This document shows positions 46,028-56,948 of a DNA stretch of 64,000 bases, one piece after another; position 1 is the stretch's first letter; each line of letters opens with the position of its first letter. Both the position numbers and the translations under genes were made by a program. The notes beneath the pieces are model-generated. The model worked only from the letters and a program-made list of their open reading frames with translations, made no database searches and had not been told where the DNA came from. Source of the DNA: Prasinococcaceae sp. CCMP 1430 (lineage: Eukaryota; Plantae; Prasinodermophyta); contig RQSC01000757.1 of assembly GCA_013416795.1 (NCBI GenBank), positions 179,087 to 243,086 on the forward strand, given 5' to 3'.

Positions 46028-47816
46028 TCAGAAGCGGCCGGCCACGTCTTTGTAGGCCGGGAACTCGCCGCCGGCGGTCATGGTCACGTAGGTGAGCGGG
46101 GTGGCGAACATCTTCTTGGCGTACGCGGCAACGTTCTTCGAGGACACCTTGTTGAGTTTCTCGATGAAGGTCGACGCCGGCATGCGCTTGCCGTAGGCGA
46201 GCAGCTGGCGGCCGATGTCCTCCGACACCACATTCTTCTTCTCCAGGTTGGTCATCATCGATGAGATCGCCGAGTTGCGCGCGCGCGCAAGCTCCTCGTC
46301 CGAGAACTTGGCGGCGGCGATGTCGGTGAGCTGCGCGGTGAGGATGTCCACCAGGCGGCCCTCGAAGCCAGGCTCGCACGTGCCGCTCACGCCGACGAGG
46401 CCAGTCTTGTCGTACATGTCGCCGTGCACGCTGGCCATGGTCACCTGCGCGTACTGGTTGAGCACGCCAGTGTACAGTCGCGAGTACATGCCCTTGCCCG
46501 GGCCGCCCGAGCTGAACGAGAAGCCGCCGCCCAGCATGGCCTGCAGGACGGTGCACGTGACAGCGCCGTCAACGTCGCTCCAGCCACCCGGGGTCTCGAA
46601 CACCATGTTGACGTGCGACGAGCCGTCAGTTGACTTGCCGGACCACTCGCCACCCACGTAGGGCGCGTCCTCGGACGCGGAGGACTCGACCGACGCCACA
46701 CCCTCGACGTTGCCGCTGAAGGGCTCCACGAGCGACACGAGCTCATCGTGGTCGATGCCGGAGGCCGCGACGACCATGCGGCTCGGCGATGTGAAGTGCT
46801 CCCCCCAGAACTTGGCGACCGCCTGCGGGCTGGACGAGGCCAGCAGGCTGTCGGTCGCCAGCAGCGGGCGGCCAAGGCCCTTGCCAGCGTACGCCACTGA
46901 GTGCATCGCCTCGCCCATCTGGAGAGTGGAGTTCTCAGAGTTCTTCGTGTCCTTGATGGCGCGTTCGATGGCTCCCGCAAGCTCCCAGTCGTGCATCGCG
47001 GGCATGCGTGCACCCTCCATCAGCATCTGCCGGGGCGCGCGGAGGGCGGACGAGGTCAGCGAGCGGAAAGGAAACGGGAATGGCAAAAACGCCAAGCCAG
47101 CGCGGTCACGCTGACGTGTGCAGGCAGCGCCGCGGAGCACATCGAGCATGCCGGGGGCGCAGCGGGCCGCCTGCGCCCCGCAGCGCACATCCGCACCCGC
47201 GCGCCTCAGTCTAAGGCCGGCAGCTCCGCCGCGCGTATGCCCCGCACGCCCCGCCTTGCGGGTGCGCTGGCGGGCAAGAATATGCGCTTTTAGGGTTCGC
47301 ACGAGGTGTGCGCACGCCAAGGCAGAGCAGGCGCAATCGCACCTCGACGAGAGCTGCTTGCGTGCCCTTGACGCCGTCAACGGAGTAGGTGAAGTGCTCG
47401 CGGCCCGCGATGGCCGAAGTGTGCGCGCCGATCACCTCGGCGTCGCGCACGATGCGGAACTGCGAGCGCATCTGCGTGGACGTCCACGCGAGCTTCTCGA
47501 GCGCGTGCGAAGCGCCCGCGGTGCCCGGCGCCGTCTCATGCACAGACCCGGCGCCCACGAAAAGCGAGACGTTGGCGGCGGGGCCAGGCGAGTCCTCGGA
47601 GGCGACAATCATGCCCGAGGGCAGCTTGGTCACCTTTGTCTCTGGCGTGGTCGCCGGGTACTGGGCGAAGGCCTCCGGCACGCCCGGCAGCGGGTCGCAC
47701 ATGAGCGGCATTCCGGCCGCGGTGGCGGCCTGTGTCGCAACAGCGGGCACGCCGGCCGCATACGCGCGCGCCTTGCCGGCGGCGCGGCGCGCGAAGCCCG
47801 CGACGACGGAGGACAT
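46028..47816 (-). CDS. MPPA: mitochondrial processing peptidase alpha subunit; exons 47343..47816 and 46028..47026
   Basis: M16 fold without HxxEH, glycine-rich loop MLGGGFSFSSGGPGKGMYSRLY, EDIGRQLL; mitochondrial presequence; phase-0 intron 47027..47342. Confidence 0.92.
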
Positions 47817-48695
47817 CGCGACTGGGGAGGGACGCCGGGGGGGGGGGGGGAGATGTGCGCGCCCCGCTTCGCGCGCGGTGTGCCGCACAGCCGCGCCCCC
47901 CGCCCCCCTTCATCCTCTCCCTCCCGGGCGCCGCCCGGGCGCCCGCACCCATCGCCTGCACCGCCGCGCGTCCCCGTCGCGATCGCGCGCTACCTCGCGG
48001 CCGCGAGCGCGATTGATCCCAGGCTATGATCCGGAATCGGTGTGTGTGTGTGTGCGCGCGGCACACGCAGCGCGCGCTCGTTCCGATCAAGACCGTACCA
48101 AACGAAGCTTTCACATTTATTTTTCGCGCCTGCTGCGGCCTGGCTGGACGCGGGAATCGGCCGCCCTCGCTTGGTTGGTCGAGTACCTGCTCGCACCCGC
48201 GCGCGCGCGCGCGCCCGCGCCACGCACTGACCGAGAAAATGACTCGAAATGTGGCGCGTCGATCGTCAGAATCGGCGAGACATCCGGCCTGGGGGACTGA
48301 GAAAACGACTGGGGGAGCCGACGCTGTGGCGATGATGCGCGCGGGCCGCCGACCCGCCCGCGTTCCGTGCGGATCTGTCTGTGTGCGTGCGTTCCCCGAC
48401 GCGCCGCCGAATTCGAAACGCGCGCGGGCCGGGCCGGGCCCGCCGCCGCGGCTGCGGGAAGGGGAGGTGTGGGTGGGGCGGGTGGGGTGGGGCGGGGTGG
48501 GGTGGGGTGGGGAGTGGAACCGGCGCAGTGCGGCACAGCGTGCCCGCGCGCGCGCGCGGCGGAGCGGGCAGGAGCGGGGGCGGTCGTGCCACCGGCGCGC
48601 TCGCGCTCCCTTCCCTTCCTCCCCCCCCCCCCCGGGGGGCCTAAACACCCCACCACACTCACCAACGCCCATCCCGCTCCCGCAGAGGGGGCGCG

Positions 48696-51600
48696 ATGGC
48701 GGCGCACGAGGCTGAGCGCGTTGCGCGGCGCAAGATGCGTGCGGTGCTTGGTGACCTGGCGGACAAGGACCTCGCCCCGCGCGCGGCCGCTGCCGCGCGC
48801 GCGTTGCTCGCGCCGCCGCGAACAGGGACGCCGCGTGCGGCGCTCGTGGGTGCCATGCGTGAGGTGGCGGCATCGCTCGCCGACGTGGGCTCGGCGACGG
48901 GCTCTCACGCGCTCGCGTGCGCCGAGCGCATGCGCCTATTCGCATTCGCGGCGCGGGAGAATGGCTTCGTCGCTTCCGCACCGGCACTTGGAGGCGCCAT
49001 GACGGCCGTGCGGCGGGCCCTCGCCAGCGCTGACCCAAAAATCGTCGCTGCCGCAGGGGAGCTCACCGCCGCGCTCTGTGCAGCAGCCGTCGCCGCAGCG
49101 AGCGGCACCGACACGAGTGCACGCGCTTGGGCCCCCGCAGGCGCTCCCCCCGCGTGGATCAGCGAGCTCATGCTCGGCGGGTGTCTCAAGGTGCTGGCGT
49201 CGGGCGACCGCGGCAAGCACGCCGCGGCGGCCCGCGTGGCTGCCACCGCTCTCAAGGCATGCAACGTGCTACAGTGCGCAGCTGCGCGCGCGGCCGTCGC
49301 AGCCACCTGGCGTGAACTGTGCGGTGTGCTCGACACGGACAGCCTGAAGCCTAGTCTCGGAGAGGCCTACCTGCCGCTGGAGGTCTGCGTCACGCTGATG
49401 GCAACGCACAGCGCCAGCGGCGTGGACGACGCTGAGGGCGACGCGCTACTCCTTGTGTACCCGACTGGCGCTGAAGTTAAGGTCAGCGCGAGGGCGGCGC
49501 TGGAGACGCTGCGCGTCGGCAACTGGCACGCCAAGGTCATGGCTTCGGACTTTCTGGGGGCGCTTGTCCGTACCGTTGGCGCGGCGCAGGGCGTTACGGC
49601 CGATTCGCACGAGGCGCTCGCTGCAGATGCTCTGGCGAGCTGCAAGCAGGCCATCGCTGAAGGCCTGGCCATGGCGAAGTACGACAAGATAGGGAACGTG
49701 CGACGGGCTGCATCCAATGCCATGGACAATCTGGCCGCAACGTCACCCATTGCCGCTGGGTCCAAAAGCGACGCCATCCCCATCGGCGCGACCCCGGTCA
49801 TGCACGAAGTGGTCGAGGCCAGACACCGAGCAGCGCGCCGCGCGCGCAGCACGCATCGCCCAGCGCACATCGTCCGCGCTGAGCACATGGAACGCCAGCA
49901 GCACATAGCGAAACAGCATCGCGAGGCGCTACGTCGTAGTGAGGAGCGTGAACACGCGCTGGAGGCCATGAGGCGGATGGGCGCGGCTGGTGCTCGCTTC
50001 GAGCCAACCATCGAGGTCCTCGCGCTCACACCTCCGCCTAACTCGAGCACAGGGAGCGGTGAGCACGATCCGTTTGCCGCAGTGACTGGTGCTCCCGACG
50101 ATCTCGACTTGCTAGACGCCCAGGTGGATGCGGCAGTGGAGAGGGCCGCCGCTGAGGCGGCCGACATCGTGCGGAACATAACATCTGGCGCTCTCGTGCC
50201 CGAGAACACGAGCGGACATGGAGGCGCGACATCTGGGACTGCGCTGGCTGTCGCCGCCGAATTCGATGCTGTAGACACTCCGAGCGCCACACCGGCCATG
50301 AGCGTCAGCGAGCCCGTAGAGCAGGCTTGTTCGAAGGACTCAGATGTGGTGCCAGACTCTGATGGAGGGGACAGCGGCCCTCACGACTCGGGGGCGCAGA
50401 GCACAAGCTCTGGCGCCCAAGGGCGGCCCTCGCCTGCAATGCCCACGGCGTCCGAGGAGGCAGAATCGCCCTTCCCCGCGCAGGCAGCACAGTCGCTTGG
50501 GGAGGCTGAGCAACCAGTAGCGATGCAGTCGAACCCGGCGTTCGAAGAGGACCCGGGTCTCAACCAAGACGATGAAGCTCCGGTCGATAGCAAGTCACCG
50601 GGCGCGTACAGCGGCGCCGCTCTAGGTGACCATCTGGAGCGGATCGATCCTGCGGCGGACGAGGGGCCAGTGGCGTCGCACGCTAACCCGCCCCAGGGCT
50701 CTGATGATCTCGGTTTCCTCGTGGAGAGCCTGGCTTCGGTACGCCGCTCCCAGATAATTGCTCGACGCAGAGCACTGGCTGACGCCGAAGAGCGGAGGCT
50801 GCGCAGCGCCGCTGCCGCCAAAATCACCGCCATCAATGCCCAGATGGAGCGTGACGTGGCCAGCGCACGAGCTACGCACGAGAAAGAGATCGAGGCCGAC
50901 TTCGACATGTTCGTGGCGTCAGTACTGCCCCGGGTGAGGGCAATGCTGGACGGCACTGACGCTTCGAACTCGGTCGCTGCTCGCCTCAAGAGCGTCGCCA
51001 CCTCTCCGCTCTCCGCTTCGCGCGCAACGAACGCAGATGTCCAAGCAGAGGCACCCGAGGATGCAGACAACGCTGTGGCTGCGCCCGCGCAGGCCACCCC
51101 TGATTCAGCGGCGCAGGCGTCCTCTGACGCCTCAGACTTCAAGATGTCATCGCTGCAGAGCACTCCGTCCAATCCCCAGGTCACGACCGACGCCCCCGGC
51201 GCAAGTACGAGCCTCAGCGACATCAGCGACACCGACTTCATGCACAAGCTTCGTGATGTGCTGCGAGGGCCCGGTAGCACGATCCCAGCGAGCAGCATTG
51301 GGTCTCCGACCGAGCAGGCCCAGTCATCCTCTGTCGTCGGCGCGCCAGCTGCCTCGCCGAGCGACGAGGCCGTGGGCGAAGCGGGCGCCTCGCCACCACC
51401 CGCTTTGGCGTGGACTGTGCCCATTGGGCCCGAGCCGTCGCTCGGGGCTGCGTCAGCCGTTGGGGCCGCCGCGCAACAGGCTCCCTCGCCGTCCGTGGGC
51501 GGCGCGCAGTCGACGCATCGGGCCGCCGGTGCGCAGGCGCCCTCGCCAGGAAGCGAAGTGAAAGCCTCATCACAGAGGAGCCTTAGCCTTCGAGCGCACT

Positions 51601-52070
51601 CACTGGGCGGTGGTGCTACCGCACAGCCGATGGACTCTCCGAGGGCGTGGTTCGGTTCGGTGCCGCAACAGAGGGCGTTCGGATCTCCAGCCGTTAGATC
51701 CCCAGTCGCCACTTCCCCTGACGCAGCATCCCCGGCAGCGTCGTCCTCGCCTGCTCCAGGCTCGCCGCCAAACGGTCAGGACAGCGGGAGCTCCACCCCG
51801 ACGACACGCAAAGACGGCCAACTGGGCGAAGAGGGAGGCTCGGCCCCCGACCTCGACCGCGTGTCGACCATTCTTTCATCGATGCCTGCGACAGCTGCTG
51901 ACAACGCAGCCTATGGGGGAGTCAAGGACGACGGCGGCGACAGCGGCGATGGCGGAGGCCAAACCACACCAGAGCGAGCCATCAGCGCGTCCGAGACGCC
52001 CCTCACCCCTGACGAAACCGTCGAAGCCATGCTAATGGGTATGCTTGCTGACGCGCAGACGTACATATAG
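48696..52070 (+). CDS. large protein with N-terminal HEAT/TOG-like region (possibly TORTIFOLIA1/SPIRAL2-like) and long low-complexity tail
   Basis: 1124-aa intronless ORF; AKYDKIGNVRRAA resembles the R/YDK.K.VR motif of TOR1-like HEAT proteins; coiled coil and Ser/Pro-rich C-terminus. Confidence 0.55.
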   Translation: MAAHEAERVARRKMRAVLGDLADKDLAPRAAAAARALLAPPRTGTPRAALVGAMREVAASLADVGSATGSHALACAERMRLFAFAARENGFVASAPALGGAMTAVRRALASADPKIVAAAGELTAALCAAAVAAASGTDTSARAWAPAGAPPAWISELMLGGCLKVLASGDRGKHAAAARVAATALKACNVLQCAAARAAVAATWRELCGVLDTDSLKPSLGEAYLPLEVCVTLMATHSASGVDDAEGDALLLVYPTGAEVKVSARAALETLRVGNWHAKVMASDFLGALVRTVGAAQGVTADSHEALAADALASCKQAIAEGLAMAKYDKIGNVRRAASNAMDNLAATSPIAAGSKSDAIPIGATPVMHEVVEARHRAARRARSTHRPAHIVRAEHMERQQHIAKQHREALRRSEEREHALEAMRRMGAAGARFEPTIEVLALTPPPNSSTGSGEHDPFAAVTGAPDDLDLLDAQVDAAVERAAAEAADIVRNITSGALVPENTSGHGGATSGTALAVAAEFDAVDTPSATPAMSVSEPVEQACSKDSDVVPDSDGGDSGPHDSGAQSTSSGAQGRPSPAMPTASEEAESPFPAQAAQSLGEAEQPVAMQSNPAFEEDPGLNQDDEAPVDSKSPGAYSGAALGDHLERIDPAADEGPVASHANPPQGSDDLGFLVESLASVRRSQIIARRRALADAEERRLRSAAAAKITAINAQMERDVASARATHEKEIEADFDMFVASVLPRVRAMLDGTDASNSVAARLKSVATSPLSASRATNADVQAEAPEDADNAVAAPAQATPDSAAQASSDASDFKMSSLQSTPSNPQVTTDAPGASTSLSDISDTDFMHKLRDVLRGPGSTIPASSIGSPTEQAQSSSVVGAPAASPSDEAVGEAGASPPPALAWTVPIGPEPSLGAASAVGAAAQQAPSPSVGGAQSTHRAAGAQAPSPGSEVKASSQRSLSLRAHSLGGGATAQPMDSPRAWFGSVPQQRAFGSPAVRSPVATSPDAASPAASSSPAPGSPPNGQDSGSSTPTTRKDGQLGEEGGSAPDLDRVSTILSSMPATAADNAAYGGVKDDGGDSGDGGGQTTPERAISASETPLTPDETVEAMLMGMLADAQTYI

Positions 52071-52313
52071 CCGGAGCCCGACGCAGCGGCAGCGGCCAGC
52101 GCGGTGGCGGCCGGTGAGATCGTAACACTTGGGCCTATGTACAAAATTTGCCTTTGTTACGTACAATCGCGAGCGCTCGCGAGGCTCAGAAGGCGGAGAT
52201 GACTGGAGGATGCACCATGCGCGTGCCGTTGGGATTCCCATCAGCTCTGTCCAGGCTTGCGTTGGCACGAACGAACGAGACGAACGCGCCGCGTGCAGAG
52301 CGGGCAGAGGTTG

Positions 52314-54083
52314 TCATGGGGTCCCGGACAGGAACGCGCCCGTGACCTCGTCCGCGGACATGGCGTGGCCGACCCGCCCGCCAGCGGGGCGCACGAGGAG
52401 GCTCGGCGACGCCGACGCTGTCGCCTCAATCACCTTGGCGCTTGCTTCGAAATGATCGCAGAGCTCATGGTGTGCACTGGCGGAGCGCGGCATGCTGCTC
52501 TCCACCCTCGACGCAGTCTCGCTCTTGCGGAGGCTTCTCGCCTTGGTCGGCATTGGCTCGCATGCGCGGGAGTAGAGGCGCAGGCGCATGATACCACCGT
52601 CCGGAAAGATGTGCAGGCGGACGTGCGATATCTTTCCCACGTCCAGCAGCTGCCCCTCGGCCCGCGTGAATGTGTGATTGGTGTCAGGCTTGAGCGGGGT
52701 GCGCTCCAGCAGCGTGCGCCATTCGGCATCACCGCTGAGAATGTCCTCGGTGCTCGCGTGCGGCGAGTAGATGGCCTCGACGGACGCGCTTTCTGGATAG
52801 TTCCCCCTGAAGTGGGCAGTGTCTAAGTGGAGTTCCTCGGCGCCATCGGCGACGGCTGCCAAGCGCAGCACACACCAGTCCGAGGCGCAGTACTCCTCCT
52901 CCTCCTCGGCGATGCTATCGCACGCCATCTGCTCGTTGGCCTCGGCACGCGCTGCCGTCAGGTCCAGCCTCTTGGACATGAGCGCCGGCGCTGAGGCAGA
53001 GCGCGGCATGCCGGGCGGGGCAGGAATGCGCTTGAGGGACTTGGGCGTGGTGAACGACTTGGCTTTGCCGCCCGGGCCGAATATGAGCGGGCGGTGCGGG
53101 TTGCGCGCCGTCTCCCATCCGTCGCCCATGTTCACGCCGCGACCCTCGCGCAGCAGGTTGCGCGGCACGCCGTAGTGCTTATTGGAGCACGCGACGCCAC
53201 GCGCCCCGAGGGCCGCGCTGGCGAGGTTCGCCACGCCGACCGCGGCAATCTCCTTCTCAAAGTGCGCCACGGGCGTGCCCCACACGCGCAGCCGCGCAAT
53301 GCCGCCGTCGGGGTACGAGTTCAGCCGCAAGTGCGTCATGCGCTTGCTTGCCATCGCCGGCGGCACGCGGAAGCGATGCACTGAGTCCCCAACGTAGCCT
53401 GGTCGCAACCGCTCGAGGGCGACGAGCTCGCACCACTCCCCCGCCTTGTGCAAGGCCTCGTCCGCCGCCTGGATTTGCGCCTGGGTCGAGCAGGTGCCCT
53501 GCTCCCCGAGGTCGCCACGCGCGAACTCGGCCGGCAGCCACTCGCCGTCGGCCTCGTCGAGCGAGGCCGCCCAGACGCTGCACGCGGGCACCTGGTTGCC
53601 GGTGAAGTGCGCTGTGTCCACCTCGACGCCGTGCACACAGCCCGCCATGCCTAGTTTGATCACGCACCAGTCGTGGCCGGGCGTGCGCTTGCGGCGCGTC
53701 TCCCAGCCGTCCATGACCTTGCCCTGTGTGCAGAACGCGTTCGGGTCGAACGCGGGCGCGCTCGTCTTGAGCATGTTGCTCGCGACGGCGAACCACTCGT
53801 CGGTGGCGAACTGGACAGCTCCGCCGGAGCGCGCCTCGGCGAGGTCGCACAGCTCGTCCTCCCACTTCTCGGGCGGCACCGTCTCGAACCCCTCGTCCAC
53901 CACGTCGTCCTCCTCCTCGCAGGCCGCGGCCATCGCCCCGGCCATGGCCGCGGCGGCGTTCGAGTCTCCCTCGAACGACACCTTGCGCACACGCGCGCCG
54001 TCGGCGGCGCCGCAGAACGCCTCGGCGACCGCGGGCCCAATGCCGTCCTCGGTCGGGCCGGCGCCCATCGTCCCGGCACCCAT
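52314..54083 (-). CDS. ALLC: allantoicase (allantoate amidinohydrolase), two allantoicase repeats
   Basis: FATDEWFA, DGWETRRKR.PGHDWCVIKLG, DTAHFTGN, PDGGIARLRV; second repeat HYGVPRNLL...GDGWETAR, DTAHFRGNYP, FPDGGIMRLRL. Confidence 0.93.
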   Translation of the reverse strand: MGAGTMGAGPTEDGIGPAVAEAFCGAADGARVRKVSFEGDSNAAAAMAGAMAAACEEEDDVVDEGFETVPPEKWEDELCDLAEARSGGAVQFATDEWFAVASNMLKTSAPAFDPNAFCTQGKVMDGWETRRKRTPGHDWCVIKLGMAGCVHGVEVDTAHFTGNQVPACSVWAASLDEADGEWLPAEFARGDLGEQGTCSTQAQIQAADEALHKAGEWCELVALERLRPGYVGDSVHRFRVPPAMASKRMTHLRLNSYPDGGIARLRVWGTPVAHFEKEIAAVGVANLASAALGARGVACSNKHYGVPRNLLREGRGVNMGDGWETARNPHRPLIFGPGGKAKSFTTPKSLKRIPAPPGMPRSASAPALMSKRLDLTAARAEANEQMACDSIAEEEEEYCASDWCVLRLAAVADGAEELHLDTAHFRGNYPESASVEAIYSPHASTEDILSGDAEWRTLLERTPLKPDTNHTFTRAEGQLLDVGKISHVRLHIFPDGGIMRLRLYSRACEPMPTKARSLRKSETASRVESSMPRSASAHHELCDHFEASAKVIEATASASPSLLVRPAGGRVGHAMSADEVTGAFLSGTP

Positions 54084-54886
54084 CGCCGCGCCGCCGCCGC
54101 CAACACCCGCGCGCGCGCGCGCGCCTCGCCCCACACGCCGCTCCGCCCGCGCCGAAATCCCCTCCCAAACCGCAGATTCGCGGCGCCCCCAGCGCCGCGC
54201 TCCGCATGCGTTCCGCCCTTTCCAACCCCCTACCCCCCCCCCGGGAACCGCGCAACCGCCGGAAAAGAAATGAGAGGAATGCGACTCTGCTGCGGCGCGC
54301 GCGCGAACGCGCGCGCGCGCGCGCGCGCGCGCGCGCGGCGGTCCCAGCCCGGCTCCGCAGCCACAGGCAGCCTCAGATTCAGGTGCAAAAAAGCGTCGAG
54401 CCGCCGCGTGCACGCACGCACGACGCACAACCACAACGCACACACAAACAGACGCGCTTCGATACATCAATCGGTCGGAGGCGCGCCCATGCCTGCCTCC
54501 CAAAAACGAAACCGCGACTGAAATGATACAGTACATCAAATAGTGACTAGTCCTACTGTCAGGTTGAAGTGAATTTGTGTGTCTGTGATGCATTCAAAAC
54601 GCCATCAAAATTGGAGTGAGTTTCTTTGATTCCCGCGCTTCGGGCCATCATTTTGAATGATCTGCAGACCCTGATTTTGCGCCGTTTGGGGGGTGGCGGA
54701 TGGATGCGGATCTCCACCGCGGACGCCGGGGAGGTCGGTCGCGCGCGTGGCGGCGGCGCGGCCTTTACGACCTGCGTTCCCCCCCACGCACGCGCGCACG
54801 CACCCCTCCACACGCGCACGCGCGCTCGCGCCCCCAGGCGACCCGCCCGCCTCGCCGGCGCCCATTCAGGCGTCCTGAGCAGGTGG

Positions 54887-56862
54887 ATGGGGGGGGCTCA
54901 CCGAGGGCCGCGATGAGCGCGGCATCGTCGATCTTGGGATCATGGCTGAGCGTCACCACCGCTGTGGCGGGATCCGGCTGCAGCGCGGTCACGGCTTCGT
55001 CTGGCCAGCGGTCGTCGAGCATCACCCCGGGAAACCGTTCAGCGGTCAAAAATCTCCCGCGCGGATCGATGACCGTCGTCGAGATGCCCAGTTCGCGGGC
55101 AAGGCCGGCAAGCGTCTGGGCGATCTGCACCGCCCCGACGATCAGCAGCCGGCGCGGCGGATCATAGCGGTTGACGAACGCCCCCGGCCCCTCGGCCGAA
55201 AGTCCGCTGGCCAGGTCCGTGCCGACGTCCAGCGTCTCGCCCCGGCTCCGCGCCGCATCGATCGCGTCGAACAGGGCAGGGGGAAAGCCGGCCTCGGAGA
55301 CCGGCTGCACCAGCACCGAGATCTGGCCACCACAGGGTAGCCCGACTTCCCAGGCGGCAGGATCGGCGACGCCATAGGTCTTCACCACCGGGGGCGACCC
55401 CGCGATCACCTCGGCGGCGGCCTGCAGGATATCGGTCTCGACACAGCCGCCAGAGACGGAGCCCGCGAACCGCCCGTCCGCATGGACGAGCATATGGCTG
55501 CCGCGCGGGCGCGATGGCGACAGCAAGCAGAGCTGCGAGGAGACCGCGGGTTGTGCCTACGAAGGCGGCGGCAGCGGTGGCGGCGGCGGTCCCGCCGGGC
55601 GGCAGGGCGGCGAGTTCGACGCGGTGGTCATCGGCGGGGGGCCGGCGGGCGCGTTTGCGGTGGCGGCGCTCGCGCACAAGTCGCTCTCAGTCGGGTGGGT
55701 TGACGCGAGCGGCCACGACGCTGGAGCGCTGTCGCAGCTCGTGGGCGTGCCCGCCAACACCCACGGCGCGCGCGTACGGGCGTGGTTCCAGGGCGGCTTC
55801 CTCGATGACGCACCGGCGTTCGCGGCTGATGCCCGCGTGAGACGGGCGAAGCTGTTGCGGGACGATGAGTTTCCACCGCTGGGCGTCCTCGCAGGTGCGG
55901 TGCGCGCGCTCACGGAGCACTGCGGGACAGCTTTGCCAGGGGTCACACCCATACGAGCACGTGCGACGTCCCTTGACCGAGACGACGAGAGCGGCAGGCT
56001 GGTCGTTGGAATACACAGTGCCGCAGGCGCCGGCAGCTTTCTGCGCGCCCGCGGTGGTGTCGTGCTCTGCACAGGCGCAGCACCGCGCGCGCCGCCGTGC
56101 GAGCTCACCTCTGCGCTCGCCGCCGCACAGCGGCACGTCGCGCTTATAGACATGACGACAGCGCTTGACCCCGAGCGAATGCGCGGAGAACTGGACAGGC
56201 TGGGTGCGCAGCGAGTGGGCGTCATTGGACGCAGCCACAGCGGCGTCTTGGCCGCCAGAAATGTGCACCTCGCGCGGGGAGGTGGCGCATGCGTGCTCTA
56301 TCACGACGCCAAACCGATTAAGATTGCAGTGCCCCTCGGCGATCACTACATACACGACTTCACGGGACTGAAGGGCAAGGCAGCAGACTTTGCTGTCGAG
56401 CATCTGATTGATGATGAGATCCTCCCCGGCGGCGCCCCTGACGGCGCGGAGCACGCAGCCGTGGAGCAGCGCGCATACACTTCGCTGCTTGCGCGCGGCG
56501 CCGTCGATGCCGCCGAGCTCGATGCCGTCGTTGTATGCACCGGCTTCGATCGCAGAGCGCCTGTTGAAAGTGTGAACGGCGTGCCGCTCTCCGTCGAGGC
56601 GGTACGAGCGCTCGACGTCGATTCACGATCATTTGAGCTCGTCGCTCCGTCTTCAAGTGACACCGACCCTCGCGCAGGTGGCGGCTCCGATTCTGCGAGT
56701 GTGTGGGCGGGGCTCGGACTTCACGGGTTGTACGGCACAGGGATCGGCTTCGCGCCACTGCACCGAGCATACTACGGCAACGAGCGCGCGATAGGCGTCG
56801 GAATCTTTCGTACCGCCGCTGAAGCCATCGCTGAGGGTATCGCGGCCAGGTGTGTTGCGTAG
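54887..56862 (+). CDS. FAD/NAD(P)-dependent oxidoreductase (pyridine nucleotide-disulfide type), apparently split near its start by the xdhC insert (54887..54901 joined to 55513..56862)
   Basis: Rossmann motif FDAVVIGGGPAG, second motif VGVIGRSHSG, GLKGKAADFA, VVVCTGF. The frame is open from 55513 and joins ATG 54887 (MGGAH) when 611 nt are removed. Confidence 0.7.
54902..55512 (-). pseudogene. xdhC: internal fragment of bacterial XdhC/CoxI (xanthine dehydrogenase accessory protein), truncated at both ends
   Basis: RPRGSHMLVHADGRFAGSVSGGCVE...EVGLPCGGQISVLV...PPRRLLIVGAVQIAQTLAGLA...TVIDPR...AVVTLSHDPKIDDAAL matches XdhC motifs. The N-terminal ATVV/WGS part and C-terminal YIGALGS...TPAEIA part are absent; no introns. 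Confidence 0.9.
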
Positions 56863-56948
56863 TACTGGTGTTGTATAATAACATTTGTTGGATTATGGTA
56901 ACAATTATCGATATGTGACAAGGGAGCGTAAGGAAGGCTCACGGCGCC

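Noticed and set aside
47027-47342. H/ACA-like hairpin followed by ACA in the MPP intron
   Set aside because: Pocket geometry is wrong (about 8 nt from the upper stem to ACA), no H box found, and GC-rich stems arise by chance.
55514-55840. ATG 55514 (MATASRAARRPRVV...) as the oxidoreductase start
   Set aside because: Out of frame with the Rossmann-fold ORF; rescue needs a 29-nt intron with a poor donor. Joining to ATG 54887 is simpler, although this start is not fully excluded.
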